This document shows, in pieces, positions 21,404 through 30,891 of a stretch of DNA of 64,000 bases. Position 1 is the stretch's first letter. Each line of letters starts with the position of its first letter. The translations under genes and the position numbers were made by a program. Source of the DNA: an uncultured beta proteobacterium (GTDB taxonomy: Bacteria > Pseudomonadota > Gammaproteobacteria > Burkholderiales > Gallionellaceae); contig OY968775.1 in NCBI GenBank assembly GCA_963695355.1, forward strand, positions 71,983 to 135,982, given 5' to 3'. The notes under the pieces were generated by a model that searched no databases, had not been told where the DNA came from, and saw nothing but the letters and a program-made list of their open reading frames with translations.

Positions 21404-21706
21404 ATGGAGCCATTACGCTATGCAGGATTACGCAACGATGAAAACGGCGGCATGACACACTTGGGGCAGATGGTCAAAGACGGCTGGATGTTTGGTTTTA
21501 TACCCGAAGACCAAGACTGCGCGGGCTGGACATATGGCGAGATGCAGACGCTGTACGAGAAATTATGGGCTGAATGGGAGAAATACGCTCATCTGCCCAG
21601 TCGCTTGCCGTCGGAATTACTAGATCGCTATATGCGCATTTATCAGGAAGCTATCGCACGCGCCAAAACTGAAGGCTGGAATCCTGAATTGGGTGAAGAT
21701 GACTAA
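21404..21706 (+). CDS. Hypothetical protein, 8 bp downstream of cbbO
   Basis: 100-aa acidic, Trp-rich ORF with ATG start; operonic spacing. Confidence 0.75.
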   Translation: MEPLRYAGLRNDENGGMTHLGQMVKDGWMFGFIPEDQDCAGWTYGEMQTLYEKLWAEWEKYAHLPSRLPSELLDRYMRIYQEAIARAKTEGWNPELGEDD

Positions 21707-22122
21707 CCGTGATGATCGGATGCGCGCCTGCCAAATTTAAGGATACGTGCGTCACCATGCAGTGTTTCTTTCTTGGCTAGCTCGCCCAAAGCGCGCGGCA
21801 GTTCGGCTTGTAAACGTGACATGAGCTGCGCAGAATCGGCACGATAGTAAACCGCTTGAAAAGCGACCGGTTCCTCCAACTTGGTACGCAATTGGGGGCG
21901 GAAATTTTGCCAAGCGATGTCGATCCAGCACTTGCGCTCGCCGTCGAGGAATACAAACTCCTCCGCATCCAAAACCGCCAGATACTGCATGGAACGTATC
22001 GGCACGAACAGGCAACCGGACGCGCTGCGAGAAAACAGGGTCTGCGCCAAATTATAGGTGGTGGCGGATAGATGACGGGACTCACGCATCAATTCCGCAT
22101 CGCGGTAACAAGTTATTTCCAT
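21703..22122 (-). CDS. Hypothetical protein
   Basis: ORF from ATG 22122 (MEITCYR) with AGGA SD; protein-like composition; 4-nt convergent overlap with the preceding gene. Confidence 0.7.
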   Translation of the reverse strand: MEITCYRDAELMRESRHLSATTYNLAQTLFSRSASGCLFVPIRSMQYLAVLDAEEFVFLDGERKCWIDIAWQNFRPQLRTKLEEPVAFQAVYYRADSAQLMSRLQAELPRALGELAKKETLHGDARILKFGRRASDHHG

Positions 22123-22238
22123 TTGTATTCCTGACCAAGAATGAATTGCGACATTATCCATTCTTTCGTATCCGGAAGACACGGTATTGAACAAGCAGGG
22201 TCGCATTATAAAAACTGACTGTACACAGGAAATCTAAC

Positions 22239-23426
22239 ATGCCACTTGTTAATTTGTCTGACATGATCACTCACGCACACCGCCACAAATATGCGGTTGG
22301 CGCATTTGGTGTCGCCAATCTAAATTTTCTGGAAGCCATCATGCAGGCTGCCGAAAATTGTCGCGCGCCCGTAGTACTCAATTTAATTGAGTCACACTTC
22401 AGTCACTACGATTTTGAACTTCTGATGCCCGCTGTGACTACGGCAGCCAAACGTGCCAACGTACCGGTCGCTATCAATTTCGATCACGGTACCAGCCTTG
22501 CCTCCGCCGAGCGTGCTATCCGTGCCGGATGCAACGGGGTAATGGTGGACACCTCGGCTATGCCTTTCTCCGATAATCTTTGGCAAACCCGTGACATAGT
22601 CGAGATGGCACATGCTTGCGGCATTACGGTAGAGGGCGAATTAGGTTATGTGCCGGGTGTCGAGGGAGAAAGCGCAAAAATACATCCGGGCGAGCTTGCT
22701 TACACTTCCGCAACCGAGGCCAAGGGGTTCGTTGAACGCACAGGAGTGGATTGCCTTGCGGTCTCGGTAGGCACAGTGCACGGTAGAATGAAAGGCGTTC
22801 CAAAACTTGATTTTGTGCGGCTGGCAAAAATTAAAGACGCAACCCCTGTACCTTTGGTGATACACGGCGGTACAGGATTATCGGACGATCAGTATCGAAA
22901 GTTAATTGCAAGTGGCATTGCCAAAATTAATTACTACACAGCACTTTCCGACGCTGCCAGTCGGCGCATAAGGGAAAACGTTGTTTCCGACCGTAGGGGG
23001 GACCACAGCTTTCTGCTGTCTGGTGTTCGTGATGTGGTGCGTGAAGAAGTGGAACGATGCCTCCGCCTTTGGGGCTGTGGCGGAAGGGCGGCAGAAGTGT
23101 TGACGCAATGCCGTCCATGGCAGGAAGTAGAGCACATTGTGTTATACAAAACCTCAACTGCTTTGTCAGAAAGCGAAGTGACTTCAATATGGAGAGAAGC
23201 AAGTAAATTAGTGGAAGCCATTCCAGGCGTGATTAGTATTCATAACAGCCAATCTCTGGAGATCGGCGGAGAATTTCGTTTCTGCATAAGGTTTAGACTT
23301 GCAAATAAAACCGCTCTGGATTTGTTCAAAAAACATCCAGCTCACACGCGGTTTACCAACAAAGTTTTACTGCCAGTAGCAATTGAACATACTACTTCAG
23401 ATATTGAAAATTTAAATCTTCTCTGA
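22239..23426 (+). CDS. Class II fructose-bisphosphate aldolase fused to a C-terminal Dabb (stress-responsive A/B barrel) domain
   Basis: NFDHG, VMVDTS, VEGELG, LAVSVGTVHG, LVIHGGTG, KINY; C-terminal VEHIVLYK...IPGV...HPAH Dabb pattern. Confidence 0.88.
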   Translation: MPLVNLSDMITHAHRHKYAVGAFGVANLNFLEAIMQAAENCRAPVVLNLIESHFSHYDFELLMPAVTTAAKRANVPVAINFDHGTSLASAERAIRAGCNGVMVDTSAMPFSDNLWQTRDIVEMAHACGITVEGELGYVPGVEGESAKIHPGELAYTSATEAKGFVERTGVDCLAVSVGTVHGRMKGVPKLDFVRLAKIKDATPVPLVIHGGTGLSDDQYRKLIASGIAKINYYTALSDAASRRIRENVVSDRRGDHSFLLSGVRDVVREEVERCLRLWGCGGRAAEVLTQCRPWQEVEHIVLYKTSTALSESEVTSIWREASKLVEAIPGVISIHNSQSLEIGGEFRFCIRFRLANKTALDLFKKHPAHTRFTNKVLLPVAIEHTTSDIENLNLL

Positions 23427-23469
23427 CCAACAAACATGCATATAACATGCACGTCCCAAGTATCGCACA

Positions 23470-23613
23470 GCTATTTATCCACCCAGCTTTCAACACGCAC
23501 TCGGCCACATGCTCAAATTCCACCACGTTGTTGGTAACAAGAATGAGTTTGTTCGCAAGTGCGTGAGAGACAATGACTACGCCACTGATATCCATATTTC
23601 TTAACGCGCTCAT
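23470..23613 (-). pseudogene. VapC/PIN toxin C-terminal remnant
   Basis: VIVSHALANKLILVTNNVVEFEHV resembles the VapC C-terminus (LIAAHAL...LVTNN.REF.RV); N-terminal PIN part absent. Confidence 0.65.
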
Positions 23614-23629
23614 TATGCCGTTTTCTTCA

Positions 23630-23780
23630 GCCGTGTCGCGAACCAGTTTTTCTCAAACCTCATCTGACTGAGGTCACTTGTCCACACACAATCAGGTGTA
23701 TCAGCTTGGGAATTGCGATTAAGTAAGCTCGCTGCAATCGGCAGGTTATGCTCACTGTCGGTGATGACAAAATTTACGTT
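23630..23780 (-). pseudogene. IS3-family transposase remnant
   Basis: Minus-strand translation VITDSEHNLPIAASLLNRNSQADTPDCVWTSDLS matches the IS3 TDS.H..P...NLL.R.F....PN..W..D region. Confidence 0.7.
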
Positions 23781-23830
23781 TTACACGGACTTTGATGCCC
23801 TGCCGTTCCAAGAGTAAACTGTTTGCAGCT

Positions 23831-24715
23831 TTAACACGCTTCTTCCGCATGCAGCTTCCCCGACATCAAACTCGCCGAAACAATGAGCACCGCACCTATC
23901 CAGTCTCTCAACTCCATCGCTTCTCCCGCCAAAAAGTAAGATGAAATGGCAGCTACAACCAACTCAAACAAAAACAACAGCATGGCGCGATTTGAGTGCA
24001 AATGCGTCACGCCGTATTGCACGGCGTAGCTGGTGGCACTCAGTGCTATGCCGATCAGCGCGAGTATCAGCCAAGCTTGTACATTCAACATTTGCCATTG
24101 GTTTGATAACCCTCCTTGCCACAGCAAGAAGGGGACGGTGAGCAACGCTGTGCCGAGCAACACACTGAAGGATTTTGCCTCGATATTCAAATTTGCGGCG
24201 CGGCGTGATAGCACGTTAGACAATGCGAAGCTCATCCCTGCTGACAATCCTATCCATTCAGAAAAATTTTGCGGATATGGCAGGCCGTGTTGTGGCTGCC
24301 ATAGCATGATGGCTGCGCCACACAAGGATAACGCCATCACCGCGTAGCCATAACGATTGAGCCGTTCGCCGAGTAGCCAATAGGAAAATAAAATCGTCCA
24401 CAGTGGCGCGAGATAAAACAACAGCAGCACGCGCATCACTTCGCCGTGCAACATGGCGAGGACATAGCCCAAGTTTGACCATCCTGCGCTGAACACCAAG
24501 CCTACCGTCCACCATCCGGCATGTTTTAGTGATTGCATCGCACGTGGCAACATAAACGTGCCGCACACTAATGCCAGCAAATAACTGATCATCGCAGCGA
24601 ATACGCCCGCCAAGCCCGCATCCTGCAACATACGATAAGGATACCAGATCAGTCCCCACACCAGTGCGCCGCTCAAAATTCCGACTATCGGCATTACATT
24701 TTGTTTTGATGACAC
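23831..24715 (-). CDS. DMT/EamA family transporter
   Basis: About 10 hydrophobic segments, two-repeat architecture, LLGERL motif. Confidence 0.9.
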   Translation of the reverse strand: MSSKQNVMPIVGILSGALVWGLIWYPYRMLQDAGLAGVFAAMISYLLALVCGTFMLPRAMQSLKHAGWWTVGLVFSAGWSNLGYVLAMLHGEVMRVLLLFYLAPLWTILFSYWLLGERLNRYGYAVMALSLCGAAIMLWQPQHGLPYPQNFSEWIGLSAGMSFALSNVLSRRAANLNIEAKSFSVLLGTALLTVPFLLWQGGLSNQWQMLNVQAWLILALIGIALSATSYAVQYGVTHLHSNRAMLLFLFELVVAAISSYFLAGEAMELRDWIGAVLIVSASLMSGKLHAEEAC

Positions 24716-24758
24716 TGACTACACCCTTATAATCCTACCCGCTCAGAATTTTCTATAA

Positions 24759-24840
24759 CCGTTCGCACTGAGCGTAGGCATTTTTGCCGAAGTCGAAGTG
24801 AGGTAGCTATCCATGTTTCGACTTCGCTGCGCTACGCTGA
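24759..24840. repeat. REP-like palindromic element (CCGTTCG.CTGAGCG..GAAGTCGAA class), right arm truncated
   Basis: ccgttcgcactgagcgtag...gaagtcgaa / ttcgacttc...ctacgct; same class as 61432-61497. Confidence 0.75.
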
Positions 24841-24932
24841 TATAACTTCTAGCCATTCGACTAAACTGTCAAAAAACGACAGTCAAGTCGCTGGTTATCA
24901 ACACGAACAGGACACCAACCAATACTATTGCA

Positions 24933-26129
24933 ATGAATCCAGACCTCAATCGTTTACAGCCCTACCCGTTCCAAAAACTTGCCGCGCTGTTTCGCGATGT
25001 TCAGCCTAACCCTGCGTTGCGTCCAATTAGCTTATCTATCGGCGAGCCCAAACATGCCACACCGCAATTCATCAAAGACGCGCTAACTGCCAACCTCGAC
25101 GGACTGGCGAATTATCCCACAACCGCTGGTAGTGACGCATTGCGCAACACTATTGCCAACTGGATCGCCACGCGTTTTGATGTGCCCGTACCCGATGCCA
25201 AGACGCAGGTGCTGCCCGTTAACGGTAGCCGCGAGGCGTTGTTTGCCTTTGCCCAAGCGGTGATTGATCGCAGCAAGCCTAACCCTGCGGTAGTTTGCCC
25301 CAACCCGTTTTACCAAATTTACGAAGGCGCGGCTTTCTTGGCTGGTGCAACGCCCTACTTTCTCAACACCTTACCGGAAAACCATTTCGCGTTAAATTTC
25401 ACGCAGCTACCCGAAGCAGTTTGGCAACGCACGCAATTGATATACGTGTGCTCACCGGGCAATCCGAGTGGCAGCGTGATGCCATTGAGCGAGTGGAAAA
25501 CCTTGTTCGAGATGTCTGACCGCTATGGTTTTATCATCGCGTCTGATGAGTGTTATTCGGAAATATATTTCGATCAAAAACCGCTCGGTGCGTTGCAAGC
25601 CGCACAACAGTTGGGTCGTAGTGACTACAAAAATTTGGTGGTATTTTCCAGCTTATCTAAACGCTCCAACGTGCCGGGGATGCGCTCCGGCTTTGTCGCG
25701 GGCGATGCCGAGGTCATTGCAAAATTCGCGCTGTATCGCACTTATCACGGCTCGGCAATGAACCCAGCCATTCAAGCCGCCAGCATTGCAGCTTGGAACG
25801 ATGAAGCGCATGTCGAAGAAAATCGCCGCCTGTATGCGGAAAAATTTGCCAAGGTAATAGCGATACTCAAACCTGTGCTGCCTGTGGCTTTACCCGACGC
25901 AGGTTTTTATCTGTGGATACGCACACCGATAGCAGACACCACTTTCGCGCAAGCTTTGTATCGCGACTATAATGTCACCCTCTTACCAGGCAGCTATTTG
26001 GCGCGCAACGTAAATGACGTAAACCCTGGCGAAAATTTTGTACGCTTGGCATTGGTTGCCAGCACCGAAGAAACGCTGGAAGCCGCACGACGTATCGCTC
26101 AATTTGTCTCAACACTTAATCAAAACTAA
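24933..26129 (+). CDS. dapC: Succinyldiaminopimelate transaminase
   Basis: LQPYPF, LSIGEPKH, PVNGSREALF, ASDECYSE, SLSKRSNVPGMRSGF; upstream of dapD. Confidence 0.95.
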   Translation: MNPDLNRLQPYPFQKLAALFRDVQPNPALRPISLSIGEPKHATPQFIKDALTANLDGLANYPTTAGSDALRNTIANWIATRFDVPVPDAKTQVLPVNGSREALFAFAQAVIDRSKPNPAVVCPNPFYQIYEGAAFLAGATPYFLNTLPENHFALNFTQLPEAVWQRTQLIYVCSPGNPSGSVMPLSEWKTLFEMSDRYGFIIASDECYSEIYFDQKPLGALQAAQQLGRSDYKNLVVFSSLSKRSNVPGMRSGFVAGDAEVIAKFALYRTYHGSAMNPAIQAASIAAWNDEAHVEENRRLYAEKFAKVIAILKPVLPVALPDAGFYLWIRTPIADTTFAQALYRDYNVTLLPGSYLARNVNDVNPGENFVRLALVASTEETLEAARRIAQFVSTLNQN

Positions 26130-26141
26130 CTGGAACTCAAC

Positions 26142-26963
26142 ATGGATCAATTACAAAAAATCATCGACGCAGCTTTTGAACGCCGCGCGGAAATTACCCC
26201 ACGTAACGCGGATGCTCAACTCAAGGAGACAGTTGATAACATTCTCATGCAGCTTGATCAGGGCAAGTTGCGCGTTGCTGAAAAAATCAACGGCGAGTGG
26301 GTCACACATCAGTGGCTCAAAAAGGCTGTATTGCTGTCGTTCCGTCTGGAGGACAACAATTTTATCAAGGGTGGTTTCACAAATTACTATGACAAAGTAC
26401 CGTCCAAATTTGCCGATTACAACAGCCGTGATTTCCGTGAAGGTGGCTTCCGTGTCGTGCCTCCTGCTGCTGCACGCCGTGGCTCGTTCATCGGCAAAAA
26501 TGTGGTGTTGATGCCGTCTTATGTGAACATCGGCGCATATGTGGACGAAGGTACGATGGTCGACACATGGGCAACCGTTGGCTCATGCGCTCAGATCGGC
26601 AAGAACGTGCATCTGAGCGGCGGCGTAGGTATCGGCGGCGTGCTTGAGCCTGTCCAAGCCAACCCGACTATCATCGGCGATAACTGCTTTGTCGGTGCGC
26701 GCTCCGAAATTGTTGAAGGCGTGATTCTCGAAGACAACGTGGTAATTTCGATGGGCGTATTCATCGGACAAAGTACTAAAATTTACGACCGCGAAACAGG
26801 CGAAGTGACTTACGGACGCGTGCCAGCAGGCTCTGTGGTAGTGAGCGGCAGCCTACCTTCCAAAGATGGAAGCTATAGTTTGTATTGTGCGGTGATTGTG
26901 AAAAAAGTTGATGCGAAGACATTGAGCAAAGTTGGCATCAACGAATTGTTGCGAGGCATCTAA
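26142..26963 (+). CDS. dapD: Tetrahydrodipicolinate N-succinyltransferase
   Basis: [48 protein letters not shown]. Confidence 0.98.
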   Translation: MDQLQKIIDAAFERRAEITPRNADAQLKETVDNILMQLDQGKLRVAEKINGEWVTHQWLKKAVLLSFRLEDNNFIKGGFTNYYDKVPSKFADYNSRDFREGGFRVVPPAAARRGSFIGKNVVLMPSYVNIGAYVDEGTMVDTWATVGSCAQIGKNVHLSGGVGIGGVLEPVQANPTIIGDNCFVGARSEIVEGVILEDNVVISMGVFIGQSTKIYDRETGEVTYGRVPAGSVVVSGSLPSKDGSYSLYCAVIVKKVDAKTLSKVGINELLRGI

Positions 26964-26964
26964 G

Positions 26965-27035
26965 TCATTAGACGCTAGTTATTAGTCGTTAGTCGGGAAC
27001 TTGGTTTTTGCTTTAACTAACGACTAAAGTCTATC
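26965..27035. repeat. Heptamer-repeat hairpin between dapD and pilU
   Basis: Tandem 7-mers tcattag/acgctag/ttattag/tcgttag; perfect 12-bp IR ttagtcgttagt (26982-26993) / actaacgactaa (27016-27027). Confidence 0.65.
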
Positions 27036-27063
27036 TACTGGCAACTGTTTTAAGGAGAACCAG

Positions 27064-28227
27064 ATGATCGTCACACCACTATTGCAAATGGCCGTCGAAA
27101 GAGAAGCCTCTGATATATTTTTCTCGGTCGGCGCACCCGTGAATATAAAAATTCAAGGTGTGGTGATGCCGATCAATGCCCAAAAACTCGATCCTGAGCT
27201 AGTCAAACGTATCGCTTATGAACTGATGGGCCCCAAGCGTATAGCCGAATTCGAATCCGACATGGAAATGAATTTTTCTATGCGTGCAGAAGATATTGGC
27301 AATTTCCGGGTAAACGTATTTAAACAACGCGGCAGTATCAGCATCGTGATTCGATGTGTCAAAACACATGTGTTAAGTTCGGCTGAACTCAATCTGCCCG
27401 ATATCGTCAATCAATTGGTGACAGAAAAGCGCGGATTGGTGATGGTGGTTGGTTCAACTGGCTCGGGTAAATCAACCACGCTCGCGTCGATGATTCAGTA
27501 TCGTAATACTGAGCATAGTGGCCACATTCTCACCATCGAAGACCCACTAGAGTATTTGTTCCGCCATGACAAATGCGTGATTAACCAACGTGAAGTCGGC
27601 ACAGATACGCGCTCGTATGAGGAAGCTCTAATTAACGGCATGCGGGAAGCACCTGACGTGTTGATGATAGGTGAGATACGCGACAAAGAAACCCTGCGAC
27701 ACGCACTGATTTTTGCCCAAACCGGTCATCTATGTTTGACCACTTTGCACGCGAACAACAGCTATCACGCGCTGAACCGCATAGTGAATTTTTTTCCTTA
27801 CGATGCGCGTGTCGGTGTGCTGGCCGATTTATCAATGTGTTTGCGTGCCGTTATTTCGCAACGTTTGGTGCGCACTGTCGAAGGCAGGCAAATGCCCGTG
27901 GTGGAAATTTTGCTGAATACTTCGCTCATCGCAGACATGATTAAAAACGATGAAGTGGATAAAATTAAAAATGCCATCGAACAAAGCGTTTCTGCCGGTT
28001 CGCAAACTTTTGAACAAGCTCTTTACAAGCTCTTTAAAACAGGCAAAATTACCAAAGACGAAGCCATGCGCAATGCCGACTCGGCAAGCAACTTGGCTAA
28101 TTTGATTGATTTTTCCGAACGCACCAGCTCAGTGCCTGTGTTTGACCCTGCAAAAGTTGAACCTGAAATCGCGTCATCACGCTCTAATATCGGCGACATC
28201 AAATTGAATTTCGAAGATTCCAAATGA
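27064..28227 (+). CDS. pilU: PilT/PilU family type IV pilus retraction ATPase (PilU-like)
   Basis: ASDIFF, GNFRVNVFKQRG, VGSTGSGKSTTLA, TIEDPLE, REAPDVLMIGEIRD, TLHANNS..AL.RI.NFF. Confidence 0.88.
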   Translation: MIVTPLLQMAVEREASDIFFSVGAPVNIKIQGVVMPINAQKLDPELVKRIAYELMGPKRIAEFESDMEMNFSMRAEDIGNFRVNVFKQRGSISIVIRCVKTHVLSSAELNLPDIVNQLVTEKRGLVMVVGSTGSGKSTTLASMIQYRNTEHSGHILTIEDPLEYLFRHDKCVINQREVGTDTRSYEEALINGMREAPDVLMIGEIRDKETLRHALIFAQTGHLCLTTLHANNSYHALNRIVNFFPYDARVGVLADLSMCLRAVISQRLVRTVEGRQMPVVEILLNTSLIADMIKNDEVDKIKNAIEQSVSAGSQTFEQALYKLFKTGKITKDEAMRNADSASNLANLIDFSERTSSVPVFDPAKVEPEIASSRSNIGDIKLNFEDSK

Positions 28228-28577
28228 AGCTGTACGGCATCCCCAATTGCAACACGGTTAAAAAAGCGCGTAATTGGTTAGCGCAACACCTTATTACAGT
28301 TGAATTTCATGATTTCAAAAAGCATGGCTTGGATGAAGCGACCGCAAAAAATTGGTTACAACAAACCGAGTGGAATAAACTGATTAACCGTAGCGGATTA
28401 ACGTGGCGCGGGCTATCTGAAGAACGTAAGTTTGCCGTTCAAAACGATGCCAGCGCGTTGGCGTTAATGCTAGAAAAAACCAGTGTGATTAAACGTCCAC
28501 TACTGGAAAAAAATGGCAAGCTGCTGCACATCGGATTTGATGCTGTAGCTTATGCAAAAATTTTGAATTTGCAGTAA
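28224..28577 (+). CDS. ArsC/Spx (YffB-like) reductase family protein
   Basis: LYGIPNCNTVKKARNWL, FHDFKK, VIKRPLL. Confidence 0.9.
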   Translation: MKLYGIPNCNTVKKARNWLAQHLITVEFHDFKKHGLDEATAKNWLQQTEWNKLINRSGLTWRGLSEERKFAVQNDASALALMLEKTSVIKRPLLEKNGKLLHIGFDAVAYAKILNLQ

Positions 28578-28584
28578 ATAGAAA

Positions 28585-28614
28585 ACGGCATCTGATTTTG
28601 CAATCAGATGCCGT
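28585..28614. terminator. Bidirectional terminator hairpin between arsC-like gene and ccmI
   Basis: Perfect 13-bp stem acggcatctgatt-ttgc-aatcagatgccgt with A/T flanks. Confidence 0.8.
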
Positions 28615-28634
28615 AAATTTCCAACCGTCTAAAA

Positions 28635-29900
28635 TTAAGGAATGACTGAGCTAATCACCACGTTCAAGCCTTTTGAGCCAGGCTTAACAACATCTGTCAG
28701 CCCTTCTAAATCACCTGATTGAGACATAGGTGAGCCAGATTTCGACACTCTCGCTACAACAATAACTTTATCAAAGCCAGACAATTTTAGTTGTGGTTGC
28801 ATCGCCATACTGTCATCGAGCGCGAATTGCAACGGCAGATCTTTCACTTGTTTTTTCAACACAGCAAGCGGCATTTTAGGACCTTGTGCAGCACGAGCCA
28901 AAATAAATACAACATCGTCAGACTTAACCTGTGCCGCAAGTCCTGGACTCAATGTCACCGTTCCGGTAATCGCAGCAGCATTATCCGCCGCAGGTTTTGG
29001 TGCAGCTTCAACCGCAGGCAGTTGGGCTAATTTCTGCTTACCGCCCGGTTCGGCAGCAAGTAAATCGCGAGCTTCTTTAATACTATTAGTAAACTGTTTC
29101 GCTTCTGGCGAACCGGGTTCTAATTGACTTAACATTTGCTGCCAGTTCGTAATAGCAGCCACATAATCTTTGCCTTGCATCGCAGCAGAACCGCTCAAAG
29201 CTAACGCTGTCATGTTATTAGGATCAATGTCGAGTGCAGTAGCAAGGAATTTTTTAACTTCAGCACTTTGCAATGATTTGTCATGTGCCATCGCATAAAC
29301 ATCGGCATAGTTAGACCATAATTGGGCTTCATCAGGAACTTGCTTAACCAGTTGCTCATAGGCTTTAACAGCTTCGGTATAGCGTTGCATTTGGATGTAT
29401 GAGCTCGCCAGCTTATACCAGCCATGCGGGTTGTCAGGATTGCTATCCAACTCGCTTTGCAAGTCCTTTATGCCTTCTTCTGAGGTGATGGGTGAGTCAT
29501 CAACTTGAGTGCTTGCTGTTGTTGCGCCTGGCCGCAATGCTTTGGGTGTACCAACTTGAAAATATAGCAGCACGGTAAACAACGGCAACAACACCATCAT
29601 TATGATTGCTAAAATTTTTGCAGGATTGCGAAGTGGTGCGATAGCAGATAGCTCGGAAGTTTTAACCTCATCAATCAAACGGCCTTGCAATTCGCGCTTG
29701 CCTTGTTCGTAAGCCTCTTGTGTGAACAAACCATTTTTCAGATCAACTTCTAGTTCAGTTGACTGGTCACGCAAAATTCCCAAGTTAGCTGCATCACGAA
29801 GTACTTCATTGCTGTTGCCAGACTTCTTCCACAGCGGCCAAACCACAAACAGCATCGCAAGCAGCAGCAAGGCTGCACAAAATATCCAAAATAATGTCAT
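28635..29900 (-). CDS. ccmI: Cytochrome c biogenesis TPR protein
   Basis: MTLFWIF TM start, ANLGILRDQ..EL, TPR repeats, C-terminal VFILARA..GPKMPLAV domain. Confidence 0.92.
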   Translation of the reverse strand: MTLFWIFCAALLLLAMLFVVWPLWKKSGNSNEVLRDAANLGILRDQSTELEVDLKNGLFTQEAYEQGKRELQGRLIDEVKTSELSAIAPLRNPAKILAIIMMVLLPLFTVLLYFQVGTPKALRPGATTASTQVDDSPITSEEGIKDLQSELDSNPDNPHGWYKLASSYIQMQRYTEAVKAYEQLVKQVPDEAQLWSNYADVYAMAHDKSLQSAEVKKFLATALDIDPNNMTALALSGSAAMQGKDYVAAITNWQQMLSQLEPGSPEAKQFTNSIKEARDLLAAEPGGKQKLAQLPAVEAAPKPAADNAAAITGTVTLSPGLAAQVKSDDVVFILARAAQGPKMPLAVLKKQVKDLPLQFALDDSMAMQPQLKLSGFDKVIVVARVSKSGSPMSQSGDLEGLTDVVKPGSKGLNVVISSVIP

Positions 29901-29905
29901 GTTTG

Positions 29906-30364
29906 TTAGTCTTTCGTTGAATTGAGTAAATCTGCGGCGCGATGAGCATCTTCTGCAGAGAGCTGCACTTCGACAATATCTTTTTTGCGTTTGCGTAGCT
30001 GCACTACTAAACCAATCAAACCGATTATCAGCAATGCAAATGGACCGTACCAAAGTATCAAGGTGTAGCGTTTTACCGGTGGGTCGAACAGCACGAAATC
30101 TCCATAACGAGATACCAAGTAATCAATGATTTCCTGGTCGGTTAAACCTTTTGTCATTTGTTCACGAACTTCGCGACGCAAGTCTTCTGCAAGCCCTGAG
30201 TGCGAGCTAGCTAAAGATTCATTTTGGCAAACTAAGCAACGTAAGTTTTGTGCCAAACCTATCATGCGTTTTTCCAGGACTGGATCATCTGCCATATCCC
30301 GCGCTTCATTTGCATAGGCAAGCACGGGCAGCAAACACAATAAAAATATTAGTAGTCGTTTCAT
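29906..30364 (-). CDS. ccmH: Cytochrome c biogenesis thiol protein
   Basis: LRCLVCQNESL..S, RYGDFVLFDPP. Confidence 0.95.
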   Translation of the reverse strand: MKRLLIFLLCLLPVLAYANEARDMADDPVLEKRMIGLAQNLRCLVCQNESLASSHSGLAEDLRREVREQMTKGLTDQEIIDYLVSRYGDFVLFDPPVKRYTLILWYGPFALLIIGLIGLVVQLRKRKKDIVEVQLSAEDAHRAADLLNSTKD

Positions 30365-30891
30365 TTAGCTTGCAGCTCCGCAACCAAGGGAAGGATTGTT
30401 TCACGTAAATTTTGATTGGTTACAGGTCCGATTTGTTTGTAACGAATCATTCCCTGCTTATCAATCACGTAGGTTTCTGGTACACCATAAACACCATAAT
30501 CTATCCCTAGGCGGCCACTAGGATCAGTCACAATGAGTGTGTAAGGATCTCCGCCGTTTCTAGCTAACCAACCCTCGCCATCCATAGGGTTATCTTTGTA
30601 ATCTACGCCATAAATGGGAACGATGTTTTTGCGTGATAAGGCCAACAATACTGGGTGTTCGCCTTGACATGCCGCGCACCATGAAGCCCAGAAATTAAGT
30701 AGCCAAACCTTGCCCTTCATTTCCTCGTTGGTAAATTGCTTGCTTGGATCATGCAGCTGAGTCAGATTAAATGCTGGTGCAGCTTTGTTGATGAGCGGTG
30801 AAGGCACCTCATGGGGGTTAAGACCCAATCCCACATAAAGAAACCCTGCTAAGCCCACAAATACGATAAACGGCCAAATGAAACGCATCAT
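30361..30891 (-). CDS. ccmG: Periplasmic thiol:disulfide oxidoreductase DsbE
   Basis: PSPLINK, NFWASWCAAC, YGVYGVPETYVID. Confidence 0.95.
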   Translation of the reverse strand: MMRFIWPFIVFVGLAGFLYVGLGLNPHEVPSPLINKAAPAFNLTQLHDPSKQFTNEEMKGKVWLLNFWASWCAACQGEHPVLLALSRKNIVPIYGVDYKDNPMDGEGWLARNGGDPYTLIVTDPSGRLGIDYGVYGVPETYVIDKQGMIRYKQIGPVTNQNLRETILPLVAELQAK

